From: an uncultured Aquiluna sp.
GTDB taxonomy: Bacteria > Actinomycetota > Actinomycetes > Actinomycetales > Microbacteriaceae
DNA: 64,000 nt
Direction: 5' to 3'
Assembly: GCA_964527155.1 (NCBI GenBank)
Contig: CAZGNP010000001.1
Coordinates: 42,124 to 106,123 of the forward strand
Within the stretch, counting starts at the first letter, position 1; each line of letters begins with the position of its first letter. Positions 18,679-31,680 of the stretch are shown piece by piece. The notes under the pieces are model-generated. The model was not told the origin of the DNA, did not search any database, and saw only the letters and a list, made by a program, of their open reading frames with translations. The translations under genes and the position numbers were made by a program.

Positions 18679-19039
18679 CTGCTGCCGCGGCTTTTTCTCT
18701 GCGTGCCCGTATTGCTTGAAGTGCTTCATCAAGAATTTGCGCAGCTTCAGATTCAGTACGTCTTTCTTTCACGTATGCAAGATGAGTCTTGTATGGTTCA
18801 ATTTTTGCGACTAGTGGTGGATTGTTCTTGTCCCTACCGGCTGGAAAGCCACAATGTGGGCAGTCAATCTCTGCTGGCACTTCTTCATCCAAAACTGTCG
18901 CAGCAAAAAAAGGATGGGTCTCATGACCGTTTGCACAATAGAAACTCTTTGTTATGCGATCTACGTGATGGCCGCGATCCTTCTCTCCCATTGGTCCGGC
19001 ACCAACGCGCGCTCCACGAATTGAAGGAGTCGATGACAT
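18662..19039 (-). CDS. rbpA: RNA polymerase-binding protein RbpA
   Basis: RGARVGAGPMGE..., C-x3-H ... C-x2-C (YCANGH ... CPHCG) zinc-ribbon-type core, and KTHLAYVKERRTESEAAQILDEAL sigma-interaction helix, as in Streptomyces RbpA. ATG 19039 overlaps the secG stop by 1 nt (TAATG). Confidence 0.85.
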   Translation of the reverse strand: MSSTPSIRGARVGAGPMGEKDRGHHVDRITKSFYCANGHETHPFFAATVLDEEVPAEIDCPHCGFPAGRDKNNPPLVAKIEPYKTHLAYVKERRTESEAAQILDEALQAIRARREKAAAAAKARR

Positions 19040-19287
19040 TAGGCCCAACCGAATCTAGTGAACAGACCGAGAATGATGATTACTGTCACCCACACTAAAC
19101 CGAGAACGATTGTGATGCGGTTTAGGTTGCGCTCCGCAACACCCGATGACTGCATTGAGCTGGTTACTCCACCACCGAACATGTCAGCCACGCCACCACC
19201 ACGTCCCTTGTGGAGAAGAATCATCAAAATAAGCAAAATGCTGGTGATTGCCAGGAGCACCAGAAGTGCGGTTTGTAACGCTGCCAT
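19039..19287 (-). CDS. secG: Preprotein translocase subunit SecG
   Basis: 82 aa, two TM helices flanking a Gly-rich loop (HKGRGGGVADMFGGG). GGAGG upstream. Conserved position after tpiA. Confidence 0.85.
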   Translation of the reverse strand: MAALQTALLVLLAITSILLILMILLHKGRGGGVADMFGGGVTSSMQSSGVAERNLNRITIVLGLVWVTVIIILGLFTRFGWA

Positions 19288-19310
19288 TAAACCTCCAAAA
19301 ACCTTGCCAA

Positions 19311-20093
19311 TTATAGAACTATGTGCTTCTTATAACGAGCAATACCAGCAAACTCATCAGAATCTAGGGATGCCCCGCCTACCAGAACCCCGTCAATGTT
19401 GGATCCTTGCATAAATCCAGCCACATTATTTGCCTTGACGGAGCCGCCATAGAGGATTCTCACCTGGTCAGCGACTTCACCGTATTTTTGGGCAATAGCA
19501 GATCTAATTTCACTGGCGACATTCTCAGCCTGCTCAGGAGTAGCAATTTCACCTGTGCCAATTGCCCACACCGGTTCATACGCTACTACGAAGTCGCTGA
19601 GGTTCTGTTGCGCATCTAGAGCGGCAAGAGTCTGCTGAACGGGAATAGCGCTAGGACCAAACTCTTGCAATTGTTCCGATGTCTCACCCACACATATGAT
19701 TGGAACAATATTTGAAGCAAAACAGGATGCAACCTTAGCAGCGACTAAAGAATCATCCTCGCCCTGGTATTGACGCCTTTCAGAGTGACCAACCAGGACA
19801 TATTTAACCGCCAGCTTCGTGAGCATGGAACCTGAAATTTCACCTGTAAATGCCCCTGCGGAGTGTTTAGAGATGTCTTGAGCTCCAAGTGTCAATTCAA
19901 ATTTTTCAGCCTCAATCAGTGTTTGGGCGCTCCTGAGAGAAGTAAATGGAGGGATGACGCATACTTCAACGTCTTTGAAGTCATGGTTCTTCTCATTCAG
20001 AGTCCATGCTAATTTCTGAATAAGAGCAATCGCTTGGAGATGATCCAAGTTCATCTTCCAGTTACCCGCAATCAGCGGAGTTCTATCGGTCAC
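19311..20093 (-). CDS. tpiA: Triosephosphate isomerase
   Basis: 260 aa. AGNWKMN, GHSERR and YEPVWAIGTG motifs. GTG start overlaps the pgk 3' end by 11 nt. Confidence 0.95.
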   Translation of the reverse strand: MTDRTPLIAGNWKMNLDHLQAIALIQKLAWTLNEKNHDFKDVEVCVIPPFTSLRSAQTLIEAEKFELTLGAQDISKHSAGAFTGEISGSMLTKLAVKYVLVGHSERRQYQGEDDSLVAAKVASCFASNIVPIICVGETSEQLQEFGPSAIPVQQTLAALDAQQNLSDFVVAYEPVWAIGTGEIATPEQAENVASEIRSAIAQKYGEVADQVRILYGGSVKANNVAGFMQGSNIDGVLVGGASLDSDEFAGIARYKKHIVL

Positions 20094-21293
20094 TCAATAC
20101 CTCTAATCCTGGCAGCGACTTTCCCTCAAGAAACTCTAGACTGGCTCCCCCACCAGTCGAGATGTGGCTGAATGCGTTTTCAGAAAATCCAAGTTTTCTA
20201 ACTGCCGAAGCAGAATCTCCCCCGCCAACGACCGACGTCCCGCTTACTCCAGACAATGCCTCGGCAATGGCCTTCGTACCCCCTGCAAAATTTGAGAACT
20301 CAAAAACTCCCATCGGACCGTTCCAAAAGACCGTTTTAGACGTCTTGATTGAATTCGAAAATCTGGTTGCCGTATCGGGTCCTATGTCGAGCCCTATCCC
20401 CTCGGAACCAAACCTAGATTTCTCAATCTCTTCCGATTTCACGACTTCGAAATCTGCGTCAGATGCAAATTTGCTAGCGACTATTACATCAGTGGGTAGT
20501 TCGAGATTGACTCCAAGCATTTGCGCTTGATGCATAAATCCCTGAACCTTCTGAATCTGATCTACCTCAAGCAGGCTTTTGCCGACATTGAATCCCTTGG
20601 CGGCTAGAAAAGTAAACAGCATGCCTCCGCCAATGAGCAGGCGATCCACTTTCGGAAGTAGGTGCTCAATAACCCCAAGCTTGTCTGAGACCTTGGATCC
20701 ACCAAGCACAACCGTATACGGACGCTCCGGCGTGGCAGTTAGCTTCTCCAGAACAGCCAACTCGCCCTGAATTAGGTAGCCTGCATAACTCGGAAGAAGC
20801 TTCGCCAGTTCATAGACACTCGCTTGCTTACGATGCACAACTCCAAACCCATCACTGACGAGTAAATCCGCCATTGTGGAGAGTTCCTTGGCAAATGCGG
20901 TTCTAGCGGCAGAGTCTTTCGAGGCCTCTGCCTCGTTAAAGCGCAGATTCTCTAGCATCAGAACATCACCGTCAAGAAGCTTTTCGACGGCTAGTTTTGC
21001 CGAACTATCTATGGTGTCTACTGCGAATTCCACGGGCTGACCTAACAGATCAGCTAAGCGTTTTGCGACTGGTAGTAATGAATATTTTTGTTCAGGTTTA
21101 CCTTCGGGTCTTCCAAGGTGGGAGATGATTATGACCTTGGCCCCCAAACCTGTGAGGTACTTAATGGTTGGGAGGGCGGCGCGTATTCTTCCGTCATCGG
21201 CAACCTGGTCGCCATCCAGCGGAACGTTGAAATCACACCTCAGAAGCACTCGCTTGCCGCGAACATCGCCGGCCTGGTTTAAGGTTCTGAGCA

Positions 21294-21294
<1 letters not shown>
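20083..21294 (-). CDS. pgk: Phosphoglycerate kinase
   Basis: 403 aa. RCDFNVPL, SHLGRP and STGGGASLE motifs. ATG overlaps the gap stop by 1 nt. Confidence 0.95.
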
Positions 21295-22298
<1,004 letters not shown>

Positions 22299-22355
22299 TC
22301 ACTCCAGAAAGTTGCTTTGAATTATCTATTCCACGCGCCATCGGGCGGATTGCGC

Positions 22356-22973
22356 CTAGCCTAGCAGCAGAGAAGCACTGTTGACGCTCACAGAGCCAAA
22401 TCGCCTAGCTACGTCATCCCAATTCACAATGTTCCAGAAGGCCTTGACATAGTCAGCTTTGACGTTCTGGTAGTCCAGGTAGAAAGCGTGTTCCCACATG
22501 TCAAGCATGAGCAGAGGAATATTCCCCATGGCCAAATTACCCTGTTGGTCGTATAGCTGACCAATGATCAGCCGATTTCCCAACGCATCCCAGGCGAGAT
22601 AGGCCCAACCCGAACCCTGGATTCCAACTGCGGCTGCGGAGAAGTGATTCTTAAACTTTTCAAGCGATCCGAAGTACTCGTTTATTGCCGCCAGTAGCTC
22701 TCCACTCGGGTCTCCTCCAGTCGGTGAAAGGTTCTCCCAAAAAATCGAGTGGTTTACGTGCCCTCCTAGATTGAACGCAAGGTCCTTTTGCAATTTTGGA
22801 AGATTTGCAAATGAATTTGACTCTCGAGCCTCCGCCATTGCATCGAGTGCAGCGTTTGCCCCATTTACATAAGCCTGGTGATGCTTTGAATGGTGTAACT
22901 CCATGATGCGAGCTGAAATGTGTGGCTCAAGCGCGGAGTAATCGTAAGTTAAATCGGGAAGTTTGTAAGTCAT
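22356..22973 (-). CDS. sodA: Fe/Mn superoxide dismutase
   Basis: 205 aa. HHSKHH and DMWEHAFYLDYQN metal-ligand motifs. Confidence 0.95.
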   Translation of the reverse strand: MTYKLPDLTYDYSALEPHISARIMELHHSKHHQAYVNGANAALDAMAEARESNSFANLPKLQKDLAFNLGGHVNHSIFWENLSPTGGDPSGELLAAINEYFGSLEKFKNHFSAAAVGIQGSGWAYLAWDALGNRLIIGQLYDQQGNLAMGNIPLLMLDMWEHAFYLDYQNVKADYVKAFWNIVNWDDVARRFGSVSVNSASLLLG

Positions 22974-23013
22974 TGTTTCCTCTCTATGGAAGTGAGCAGT
23001 TCAAGTGGTTTAT

Positions 23014-23991
23014 TTATTCCTCAAGCAAATCAGCAATTGCAGACTCGGTGTCGGGTATTCCAAGCTCCTGCGCCCGCCGATCTGCCGTGGCAAGCAATCT
23101 TCTAATACGTCCGGCAACGGCATCCTTGGTCATCGGCGGTTCCGCCAAACGGCCAAGCTCGTCAAGCGACGCATCCTTGTGCTTCAACCTGAGCTCGCCC
23201 GCATACTTCAGATGGGAAGGGGCTTCCGGACCAAGGATCTCAAGAGCCCGCTGCACTCTCGCACTTGCAGCAACCGCTGCTTGTGCACTGCGGCGAAGGT
23301 TGGCGTCATCAAAATTTGCTAAGCGGTTGGCAGCTCCGCGAACCTCTCGACGATTTCTAAGGTCTTCCCATTTATCAACCTGCTCGATACAGCCCATTTC
23401 TCGAAGCAGATCAGCTATCCCCTCGCCGTCTCTTATCACGACCCGGAAAACGTTTCGGACTTCCCGAGCTTTGGCATTAACGCCAAGCCTTCGAGCGACA
23501 CCCACCAGTGCCATGGCCGATTCATTACCCGGAGCAACAACCTCCAGTGATGTTGAGCGTCCAGGATCGGTTAGTGTGCCCTGGGCTAAAAATGCGCCGC
23601 GCCAGATGGCTCTTGCCTCATCCATGGTCGATGAAACCAAGGTAGACGGAAGACCTCTGACTGGGCGGCCACGGTTGTCAATCAATCCAGTTTGTCTGGC
23701 TAGCAATTCCCCATCACGCATAACCCTGATCTGGTATCCATTTGACCTGCGTAATCCACCTGCCTGAACAACCGTCACTTCGGCTGCGATTCCGTAAAGT
23801 TCAGAAATAGCTTTGGCAATCCTCTTTGCAACGGACGCTGACTCAATCTCAACCTCGATGGCGATTCGACCTGAAATAAGGTGAAGACCTCCGCAGAAAC
23901 GCAGGATTGTCGCGAGTTCAGCCGCGCGAACAAGTCCATTGACCGGCTGAACCTTTGCCAGTTCCTCTTTGATAGCCTGCGTTATTGCCAC
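23014..23991 (-). CDS. whiA: Sporulation/cell-division transcription regulator WhiA
   Basis: I start it at GTG 23991 ((M)[13 protein letters not shown]..., 326 aa), which matches WhiA N-termini. C-terminal HTH region [24 protein letters not shown]. The longer track ORF overlaps rapZ. Confidence 0.9.
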   Translation of the reverse strand: MAITQAIKEELAKVQPVNGLVRAAELATILRFCGGLHLISGRIAIEVEIESASVAKRIAKAISELYGIAAEVTVVQAGGLRRSNGYQIRVMRDGELLARQTGLIDNRGRPVRGLPSTLVSSTMDEARAIWRGAFLAQGTLTDPGRSTSLEVVAPGNESAMALVGVARRLGVNAKAREVRNVFRVVIRDGEGIADLLREMGCIEQVDKWEDLRNRREVRGAANRLANFDDANLRRSAQAAVAASARVQRALEILGPEAPSHLKYAGELRLKHKDASLDELGRLAEPPMTKDAVAGRIRRLLATADRRAQELGIPDTESAIADLLEE

Positions 23992-23992
23992 T

Positions 23993-24865
23993 CTATTCCT
24001 TACCCAAGTCTCGATGTGCAACGGCGATAGTAGCATCAGCAACTGCACTAAGGCGCCTTCCAATTTCATTTGCAATTGCAACTGATCTGTGCTTACCGCC
24101 AGTGCAGCCAATAGCTATGGTCGCAAAGCGTTTATTTTCAGATCTGTAACCTTGCAAGACCACTTCTAAAGCCGCAACGTAGTTTCCAACAAATTCCTGC
24201 ACACCTGGTTGACTAAGCACAAAATTACTCACAGCTTCGTCATTTCCTGTAAGCGACCTCAAATTCTCATCCCAATGTGGATTAGGTATGAATCTTGCAT
24301 CGGCCACTAAATCCGCGTCAACCGGAATACCGTATTTGAACCCGAAGCTTATAACGTTTACCCGCAGAAAATTGGCGTTGTCAGAGAACGCTTCAGCTAC
24401 TCGATTTGTGAGTTGGTGAACATTCGACTCTGAGGTGTCAAAAATGAGGTCAGCGCTTTCTCTTAGGCCAACTAGCTCAGCTCTTTCCCTCGCGATACCC
24501 TCGAGTATGGTCCCATTGCCCTGCAGCGGATGTGGCCTTCGAACAGATTCAAATCGTTTCACCAATGCAGCGTCGCTAGCCTCAAGGAACAACAATCGAA
24601 CAGAAATCTCTCGGTTTTTCAGATCATTAATTCTGCTTTGAAGCTCAGAAAAGAATTCACCGCCTCGAACGTCTGTAATGACTGCGATCTTCGGGAGCTT
24701 TGCCTTACTGAGAGCAAAAAGGTCGCTCATTGGACCAAGCATCTGCGGAGGCAGATTATCGATTACATACCAGCCCTGATCCTCCAGGGCGTTACCAACC
24801 GTCGAGCGGCCCGCTCCCGACATGCCAGTTACCACAAGTAGTTCCGGCCTTCTGCTCTTTTCCAT
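23993..24865 (-). CDS. rapZ: RNase adapter / nucleotide-binding protein RapZ (YvcJ family)
   Basis: Start at ATG 24865 ([22 protein letters not shown], Walker A). C-terminal [12 protein letters not shown] motif. 290 aa. Confidence 0.9.
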   Translation of the reverse strand: MEKSRRPELLVVTGMSGAGRSTVGNALEDQGWYVIDNLPPQMLGPMSDLFALSKAKLPKIAVITDVRGGEFFSELQSRINDLKNREISVRLLFLEASDAALVKRFESVRRPHPLQGNGTILEGIARERAELVGLRESADLIFDTSESNVHQLTNRVAEAFSDNANFLRVNVISFGFKYGIPVDADLVADARFIPNPHWDENLRSLTGNDEAVSNFVLSQPGVQEFVGNYVAALEVVLQGYRSENKRFATIAIGCTGGKHRSVAIANEIGRRLSAVADATIAVAHRDLGKE

Positions 24866-24917
24866 CACTCCCCTGACGGGAACAAGGTTAGTGCTTTCTA
24901 ATCTCGGGCGTGTCGGA

Positions 24918-26762
24918 TTAAGATAACTGCTCCAGCTGCTCCAACAGCCGCTTAGCTTGCGCATGGCTGAATCCTGGAAGGGTCGCAATTTCCTCAGCGC
25001 TGGCGGCCCGCAGGCGCTTGATAGAGCCAAATTTCCGTATCAAAAGGCGAACTTTGGACTCACCCAGCCCTGGCAGGTCGAGCAAGGTTGAGGCAATCGA
25101 GGAGGTGCGCTTTGCTCGTTGAGCGGTGATCGCGAATCTGTGAGCCTCATCCCTTATTCGCTGAAGAAGAAATAGCTCCTCTGACGAACGGGCAAAAATA
25201 ACTGGGTTATCACTGGAGGTTGTAAATACCTCTTCCAGCCGCTTTGCCAATGTGGCAATAGTAATGTCATCGATTCCCGCGTCGGCTAAGGCCTTAGCAG
25301 CTGCATTTCGCTGTGGAATTCCCCCATCAATCAGTAGCAGACTCGGTCGATAACTGAACTTCTCGCTTTTGTCATCTTCCAAGTATTTGAGCCTTCTTCG
25401 AAGGACTTGATAAATTGCATCAGCATCATCTGTTGCTTCCAGATTGAACTTCCGATAGTGATTTTTCTTTGGCAGCCCATCTTCAAATACGACCATTGAA
25501 CCCACGGTGCCCGTCCCGGACAAATGTGAGATGTCAAAACATTCAATTCGTAATGGCGCGGTCGGCATTTTCAGTGCCTTTTGCAATCCAGCTAGAGCAT
25601 CGGCCCTGGCAGCAAAATCAGCTGTTCGCTTCAGCTTGTAGGATCTGAGCGACTGAAGAGCATTTGTCTCTACGGTTTTTGCCAGCACCGCTTTCTCACC
25701 CCTCACAGCAACCAAGACATCGGATTTGGAACCTCGAAGTTCACTTAACCACAGCACCACATCGCGTTTTTCTTTTGGTAGTACTGGAACATAAATAGCC
25801 TTTGGTATTTCAATTGGCTCTGCGCTTTTTGGAGGATTGTATGTCTGATGCAGGACGTATTCGATTAGTTCAGAATCATCTCTGTCCAGTTCAAGATCTA
25901 CCACCATTCCTCTCGCACCGCGAATTCGTCCACCCCGAACATTAAAGATTGCGACCGCCGCTGATAGTTCGTCTCGAGCAAGACCAATAAAGTCAGCATC
26001 GGTTTGATCTGCAAGAACTATCGATGATTTCTCAAGAATTTTCTCTAGCGCTATAACATCATCTCGGAAGTTTGCCGCCGCCTCAAAGTTCTGCGCTTCG
26101 CTCATTTCCTGCATCCTTGCTCTCAATTGAGCTACGTAGGATTCGTCCCCTGAGGCGATGAAGCTACCGAGCTGCTTTGCAAGCGACTTGTGCGCGGCCT
26201 CTTCAATTCGCCCGACACACGGGGCGCTGCATTTACCAATGTCGGCGAGAAGACAGGGCCTCTTTGCTCTGGAGGCTCTGTCAAAAATGCCCTGCGAGCA
26301 ACTTCTTACGGGAAAAACCTTTAGCAGGGTATCGAGTGTCTCTCTCACTGCCCAGGATTGGGTGTAGGGTCCGAAGTATTTCACCCCGGGTAACTCTCGA
26401 TTTCTCGTAATGAATGCTCTCGGCACCTCCTCTGCCATCGAAATCGCTATGTATGGATAGCTTTTGTCGTCCCGAAAGCGGATGTTAAAGGGAGGTTCAT
26501 ACTGCTTTATCCAGCTGAATTCAAGTTGCAGCGCATCGTATTCGGTATTTACTATTGTCCACTTGACGTCAGTGGCCGCCTGCAGCATCCTTTGGGTCCG
26601 CTCATGGAGTCGATCAAAATTTCCAAAGTAGCTGGAGAGCCTCGAGCGAAGATTCTTAGCTTTTCCGACATATAGCACTCGGTTCCTCTCGTCCATGAAC
26701 CGATATACCCCTGGATTGGTAGGTATCTCAGAAGTATTGGGCCTAAACCGTAACTCAGTCAT
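24918..26762 (-). CDS. uvrC: Excinuclease ABC subunit C
   Basis: 614 aa. GIY-YIG N-terminus (GVYRF...[13 protein letters not shown]) and C-terminal (HhH)2 region. Confidence 0.95.
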   Translation of the reverse strand: MTELRFRPNTSEIPTNPGVYRFMDERNRVLYVGKAKNLRSRLSSYFGNFDRLHERTQRMLQAATDVKWTIVNTEYDALQLEFSWIKQYEPPFNIRFRDDKSYPYIAISMAEEVPRAFITRNRELPGVKYFGPYTQSWAVRETLDTLLKVFPVRSCSQGIFDRASRAKRPCLLADIGKCSAPCVGRIEEAAHKSLAKQLGSFIASGDESYVAQLRARMQEMSEAQNFEAAANFRDDVIALEKILEKSSIVLADQTDADFIGLARDELSAAVAIFNVRGGRIRGARGMVVDLELDRDDSELIEYVLHQTYNPPKSAEPIEIPKAIYVPVLPKEKRDVVLWLSELRGSKSDVLVAVRGEKAVLAKTVETNALQSLRSYKLKRTADFAARADALAGLQKALKMPTAPLRIECFDISHLSGTGTVGSMVVFEDGLPKKNHYRKFNLEATDDADAIYQVLRRRLKYLEDDKSEKFSYRPSLLLIDGGIPQRNAAAKALADAGIDDITIATLAKRLEEVFTTSSDNPVIFARSSEELFLLQRIRDEAHRFAITAQRAKRTSSIASTLLDLPGLGESKVRLLIRKFGSIKRLRAASAEEIATLPGFSHAQAKRLLEQLEQLS

Positions 26763-29607
26763 TTACCAAAATGTCAGCCAAGAATTTGCCAGTGTGGCTC
26801 GCTCTGTTTTTTGCTACGTCCTCTGGCGTGCCTTCGGCAACAACCGTCCCACCACCAGAGCCTCCCTCGGGACCGAGGTCAATAATCCAATCTGCTGATC
26901 GAATCACATCTAGGTTGTGTTCAATAACTATGACCGTATTTCCGCGGTCAACCAGCGAATTAAGAACCAGAAGCAGTTTTCTCACGTCCTCAAAATGCAG
27001 TCCGGTCGTCGGCTCATCAAGCACATATATCGTCTTTCCAGTTGCTCGGCGTTGTAATTCCGTCGCAAGTTTTACTCGCTGTGCCTCGCCTCCAGAGAGA
27101 GTCGTAGCGCTTTGTCCGAGGCGAACGTATCCTAGTCCCACATCGACCAGCGTATTCAGGTAACGAGCTATTGAATTGATTGGTGCAAAGAATTCAGCAG
27201 CTTCACTTATTGGCATGTTTAGAACATCACCGATTGTCTTACCTTTGAAGTGAACCTGTAGAGTCTCTCGGTTGTAGCGCGCCCCTTTGCACTCCTCACA
27301 AGTTACATAAACATCCGGCAGAAAGTTCATTTCAATGCGGATTGTTCCATCGCCAGCGCAATTTTCGCAGCGTCCACCTTTCACATTGAAGGAGAACCTA
27401 CCCTGCTGATATCCCCTAACCTTGGCCTCCGGGGTATCAGCAAAAAGCTTTCGTATGTGGTCAAACACACCCGTGTACGTTGCGGGATTTGACCTAGGTG
27501 TTCTGCCAATCGGTGCTTGGTCAACATGAACAACCTTGTCCAATTGATCAAGTCCAGTAATTCTGGTGTGGCGGCCCGCCACGCCCTTGGAGCCATTTAG
27601 TTTGATCGCCAGGGTTTCGTATAGAACATCATTCACAAGTGACGATTTTCCCGAGCCGCTCACCCCAGTTACGGCCGTCATTACTCCTAATGGAAACTCC
27701 ACGTCAACATTCTTGAGATTGTTCTCTTTGGCCCCGACAACCTTGATGGCTTTACCGGTTGGTTTGCGACGCTTACTAGGTGTTGCAATTTTGATTCTTC
27801 CTGCTAAGTACTCGCCCGTTATTGACCGTGGGTTCGAAAGAATTTCTTCGTAGGAACCACTGTGAACCACCTCACCACCATGGGCTCCGGCTCCTGGCCC
27901 AATGTCGACAAGCCAGTCCGCAGCACGAATGGTGTCTTCATCGTGTTCGACAACTATCAGTGTGTTACCCAGGTCGCGGAGCTTTATTAGGGTTTCGATA
28001 AGTCGTCGATTATCCCGTTGGTGGAGTCCTATTGAGGGCTCATCGAGTACGTATAGAACACCTGTCAAGCCCGCCCCAATCTGTGTTGCGAGTCGAATTC
28101 TTTGCGCTTCCCCACCAGAGAGTGAACCAGCAGATCGCTCCAGGGAAAGGTAATCCAAACCAACGGCGAGCAGAAAGTCGAGCCGGGCTCGAATTTCACG
28201 AAGCACCTGGGAGGCAATCGTGGCTTCTCGCTTAGTCAGCTTCAGTGATTCGAAGAAGTTGTGCGCCTGAGCGAGTGAAAGCTGTGCGACATCGTGGATA
28301 GATTTGCCGTGTACCTTTACAGCCAATACTTCGGGCCTTAGTCTTGCACCCTCGCAGGCAGGACAAGGAACTTCTCTTAAGAATTCGGCCCATTTTCCTC
28401 TTGCCCAATCCGAATCCGATTCTTGATAGCGCCGCTCGACGTAAGGAAGCACTCCCTCAAAGCCAGATGTGTAGCGCATCTCCCGGCCATACTTGGAACG
28501 CCACTTCACCTGGACTTCAAAGTCATTTCCGTAGAGAACAGCATCACGTATTCGCTTGGGTAATTTGTTCCATGGGGTTTTGAGACTAAAGTCCAATTCC
28601 TTGGCAAGTCCCTGCAGAAGTCTTGTGAAGTAAGAGTAAAGACCCTTACCCTGCGTGGACCAAGGAATGATTACCCCTTCATTAATAGAACTCTCTGGAT
28701 CGCCAATCACGAGCTCAGCGTCAACGGCCATTTTCGTTCCAAGCCCGGTGCAATCTGGACAAGCACCAAAAGGCGCGTTGAATGAAAAGGTGCGAGGTTC
28801 AATCTCCGTTAGATAGATTTCATGCTCATTGGGACAGCTCAGACGCTCACTGAAAGTTCGCTGTTTTTTCTGATCAACAAAATCAACTATGACGCGACCA
28901 TCTGCTAATTTCAGAGCAGTTTCTACCGAATCGGTAATGCGGCTAGCAGCCTCAGACTTGATGACAAGCCTGTCTACTACAACCGAAATGTCATGTTTGA
29001 AACTCTTCTTTAGCGGCTTCGCCTCGGCTAAGACAATTGTCTCTCCATCAACCACGGCCCTGGCATACCCCTGCGACTGAAGAGACACGAAAAGGTCTTC
29101 GAATGCGCCTTTCTTCTGCTGAATAATGGGAGCGAGCAACTGGAACTTTGTACCCTCCTCCATCGCGAGGAGTTGGTCCACGATAGCTTGTGGAGTTTGT
29201 TTCGAAATAGCTTCCCCACACTCTGGACAATGAGGTATTCCAATTCTGCTCCAGAGAAGACGGAGATAATCGTGGATTTCGGTTATTGTCCCAACAGTTG
29301 AACGTGGATTTCGATTAGTCGACTTCTGATCTATGGAAACAGCCGGAGACAAGCCTTCAATGAAGTCAACGTCTGGTCTATCGACTTGACCTAAAAACTG
29401 ACGAGCATAGGCAGATAAGGATTCAACGTAGCGTCGTTGGCCCTCCGCGAAAATTGTGTCAAACGCCAGGGAAGACTTTCCTGATCCAGAAAGTCCTGTA
29501 AAGACAATCAGTGCGTCACGGGGCACCTCTAAATTGAGATTCTTCAGGTTGTGAACTCTTGCACCACGAATCGATAACTTGCTGCCGGGCGGCGTCTGGA
29601 TGTTCAC
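26755..29607 (-). CDS. uvrA: Excinuclease ABC subunit A
   Basis: 950 aa. Two ABC modules (GLSGSGKSS and GVSGSGKSS; LSGGEAQR twice) and zinc-finger Cys pairs. GTG start. Confidence 0.95.
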   Translation of the reverse strand: MNIQTPPGSKLSIRGARVHNLKNLNLEVPRDALIVFTGLSGSGKSSLAFDTIFAEGQRRYVESLSAYARQFLGQVDRPDVDFIEGLSPAVSIDQKSTNRNPRSTVGTITEIHDYLRLLWSRIGIPHCPECGEAISKQTPQAIVDQLLAMEEGTKFQLLAPIIQQKKGAFEDLFVSLQSQGYARAVVDGETIVLAEAKPLKKSFKHDISVVVDRLVIKSEAASRITDSVETALKLADGRVIVDFVDQKKQRTFSERLSCPNEHEIYLTEIEPRTFSFNAPFGACPDCTGLGTKMAVDAELVIGDPESSINEGVIIPWSTQGKGLYSYFTRLLQGLAKELDFSLKTPWNKLPKRIRDAVLYGNDFEVQVKWRSKYGREMRYTSGFEGVLPYVERRYQESDSDWARGKWAEFLREVPCPACEGARLRPEVLAVKVHGKSIHDVAQLSLAQAHNFFESLKLTKREATIASQVLREIRARLDFLLAVGLDYLSLERSAGSLSGGEAQRIRLATQIGAGLTGVLYVLDEPSIGLHQRDNRRLIETLIKLRDLGNTLIVVEHDEDTIRAADWLVDIGPGAGAHGGEVVHSGSYEEILSNPRSITGEYLAGRIKIATPSKRRKPTGKAIKVVGAKENNLKNVDVEFPLGVMTAVTGVSGSGKSSLVNDVLYETLAIKLNGSKGVAGRHTRITGLDQLDKVVHVDQAPIGRTPRSNPATYTGVFDHIRKLFADTPEAKVRGYQQGRFSFNVKGGRCENCAGDGTIRIEMNFLPDVYVTCEECKGARYNRETLQVHFKGKTIGDVLNMPISEAAEFFAPINSIARYLNTLVDVGLGYVRLGQSATTLSGGEAQRVKLATELQRRATGKTIYVLDEPTTGLHFEDVRKLLLVLNSLVDRGNTVIVIEHNLDVIRSADWIIDLGPEGGSGGGTVVAEGTPEDVAKNRASHTGKFLADILVND

Positions 29608-29616
29608 CGTAGAAGT

Positions 29617-31680
29617 CTAAGCGTGGCCAGCTGCGTCAAACTGTCTTAGCTCGCGCTTCAATTCAGCTATCTCGTCACGGATTCTGGCAGCAAGTTCAAA
29701 ATTCAATGCTGCAGCCGAAGCCCTCATCTGGCCATCCAATTCCAAGATGGTCTGAATTAGTTGCTCCCTGCCAGCCCGGCCGATGTCCTTGCGTCCCCGA
29801 ATGGGCGAAACCGAGGTCTTGCCCTTTGGAGTCCTGCGCATCTGCTCCATTAGAGCCTCAGTATCAACTTCTTCCCGAACCAGAGAGTCAGTAATGTCAG
29901 CAATCTTCTTTCGAAGTGGTTGTGGGTCAATCCCATTCGCCCTGTTGTATTCAATCTGGATTTCACGTCTTCGATTCGTCTCATCGATAGCGCGCTTCAT
30001 TGAATCGGTGATTCGGTCAGCGTACATGTGAACCTCTCCCCCGACATTTCTTGCTGCCCTGCCAATAGTTTGGATGAGTGCAGTCGTTGATCTTAGGAAT
30101 CCCTCCTTGTCGGCATCCAGAATGGAGACAAGGGACACCTCTGGAAGGTCAAGTCCTTCCCTAAGCAAATTGATACCAACTAATACGTCGTAGATTCCTT
30201 GGCGCAATTCTCTTAGGAGCTCCACTCTCCTCAAAGTATCGACGTCCGAGTGCATGTAGCGCACTCGAATTCCCATCTCCGTAAGGTAGTCAGTGACCTC
30301 TTCAGCCAATCGCTTCGTCAGAGTCGTGACTAACACACGTTCACTTTTCTCTGTGCGTAGCTTGATTTCCTCCATTAGGTCGTCGATTTGGCCGCGCGAA
30401 GGTTTTACAACAATTCTTGGATCAACCAGGCCAGTGGGGCGAATGATCTGCTCCACTACGCCATCAGATAGCTCCAGCTCATACTGCGCTGGAGTAGCTG
30501 ATAAGTAGACAGTTTGTCCTGTTCGTGAAAGGAATTCATCGAAGCGCAGCGGTCGATTGTCAAGTGCGGAAGGAAGTCTGAAACCATACTCCACAAGCGT
30601 TCGCTTGCGAGATTGGTCTCCGTTGTGCATGGCGCGGATCTGAGGGATGGTGACATGTGATTCATCAATTACTGTTAGAAAGTCCTCGGGAAAATAGTCC
30701 AATAGACAGGCGGGCGGCTCGCCCTGAGCTCTGCCGTCGATGTGTCGGGAGTAGTTTTCAATACCCGAGCAAAAACCTAACTCCTTAATCATTTCCAAGT
30801 CGAAGGTGGTTCGCATTTTGATGCGCTGGGCCTCCAAGAGCTTTCCCTGCTTTTCAAGCTCTCGATAGCGCAGTTCCAATTCCTCCTCGATAGCCTCAAT
30901 CGCCCTTCCCATTTGCTCGGCTGGTGCAACGTAATACGAGGCAGGATAGATGGCAACGGACTGTCTTTCCATCAGGATCTCACCCGTCAGAGGGTTTATG
31001 CGATAGATCTTTTCTATCTCATCTCCAAAGAACTCAATTCTGGTCGCCTCTTGATCGTAGATTGCGATGACCTCTAGGGTGTCTCCCTTTACTCTGAAAT
31101 TTCCCCGCGTGAAGTCGATGTCATTTCTCTGATATTGGATGTTGACGAGAGCACGTATCAACTCATCTCGATCAATGCTTTGCCCAACACGAAGCGGTAA
31201 GGACTGAGCTAGATACTCCTTGGGTGCTCCAAGACCATAAATGCAGGAAACTGTCGCTACCACAATCACATCTCGCCTTGATAGAAGAGACATTGTCGCC
31301 GAATAACGAAGCCGTTCAACTTCCTCGTTAATTGTCGAATCTTTCTCTATGAATGTGTCGGTTTGGGGTACGTAGGCCTCAGGTTGGTAATAGTCGTAAT
31401 AACTAACGAAGTACTCCACAGCATTGTTAGGAAACAACTCACGCAATTCGCTGGCAAGTTGCGCTGCGAGTGTCTTGTTGTGAGCAATTACCAATGTTGG
31501 ACGCTGTAGACGCTCGATTAACCATGCCGTGGTTGCCGACTTACCCGTTCCGGTTGCGCCTAGCAAAACAACATCTCTCTCGCCAGCTCGCAATCTAGAC
31601 TCGAGCTCGTCGATGGCCTTGGGTTGATCCCCAGAGGGGGAATACTCGCTTATTACCTTGAACGGGACTGAGTCATCCAT
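29617..31680 (-). CDS. uvrB: Excinuclease ABC subunit B
   Basis: 687 aa. GATGTGKS and DESH helicase motifs. C-terminal UVR domain ([16 protein letters not shown]). Confidence 0.95.
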   Translation of the reverse strand: MDDSVPFKVISEYSPSGDQPKAIDELESRLRAGERDVVLLGATGTGKSATTAWLIERLQRPTLVIAHNKTLAAQLASELRELFPNNAVEYFVSYYDYYQPEAYVPQTDTFIEKDSTINEEVERLRYSATMSLLSRRDVIVVATVSCIYGLGAPKEYLAQSLPLRVGQSIDRDELIRALVNIQYQRNDIDFTRGNFRVKGDTLEVIAIYDQEATRIEFFGDEIEKIYRINPLTGEILMERQSVAIYPASYYVAPAEQMGRAIEAIEEELELRYRELEKQGKLLEAQRIKMRTTFDLEMIKELGFCSGIENYSRHIDGRAQGEPPACLLDYFPEDFLTVIDESHVTIPQIRAMHNGDQSRKRTLVEYGFRLPSALDNRPLRFDEFLSRTGQTVYLSATPAQYELELSDGVVEQIIRPTGLVDPRIVVKPSRGQIDDLMEEIKLRTEKSERVLVTTLTKRLAEEVTDYLTEMGIRVRYMHSDVDTLRRVELLRELRQGIYDVLVGINLLREGLDLPEVSLVSILDADKEGFLRSTTALIQTIGRAARNVGGEVHMYADRITDSMKRAIDETNRRREIQIEYNRANGIDPQPLRKKIADITDSLVREEVDTEALMEQMRRTPKGKTSVSPIRGRKDIGRAGREQLIQTILELDGQMRASAAALNFELAARIRDEIAELKRELRQFDAAGHA

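Noticed and set aside
18600-18750. Switch from the plus-strand block to the long minus-strand block, as a possible replication terminus or dif site.
   Set aside because: The two genes overlap, leaving no non-coding DNA, and I saw no XerCD/dif-like sequence. The same convergent pgl/rbpA-secG arrangement can be explained by conserved synteny.
22922-23767. 281-aa plus-strand ORF antisense to whiA and the sodA start.
   Set aside because: Ser/Arg/Ala-rich low-complexity translation with no recognisable motifs. It lies entirely opposite a well-conserved gene whose codon frame explains the absence of stops, so it is a shadow ORF.
23992-25030. Upstream extensions of the whiA ORF (to 24111) and the rapZ ORF (to 25030).
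   Set aside because: The extensions lie inside the upstream genes (rapZ and uvrC) in other frames. Homologue-like N-termini start at GTG 23991 and ATG 24865.
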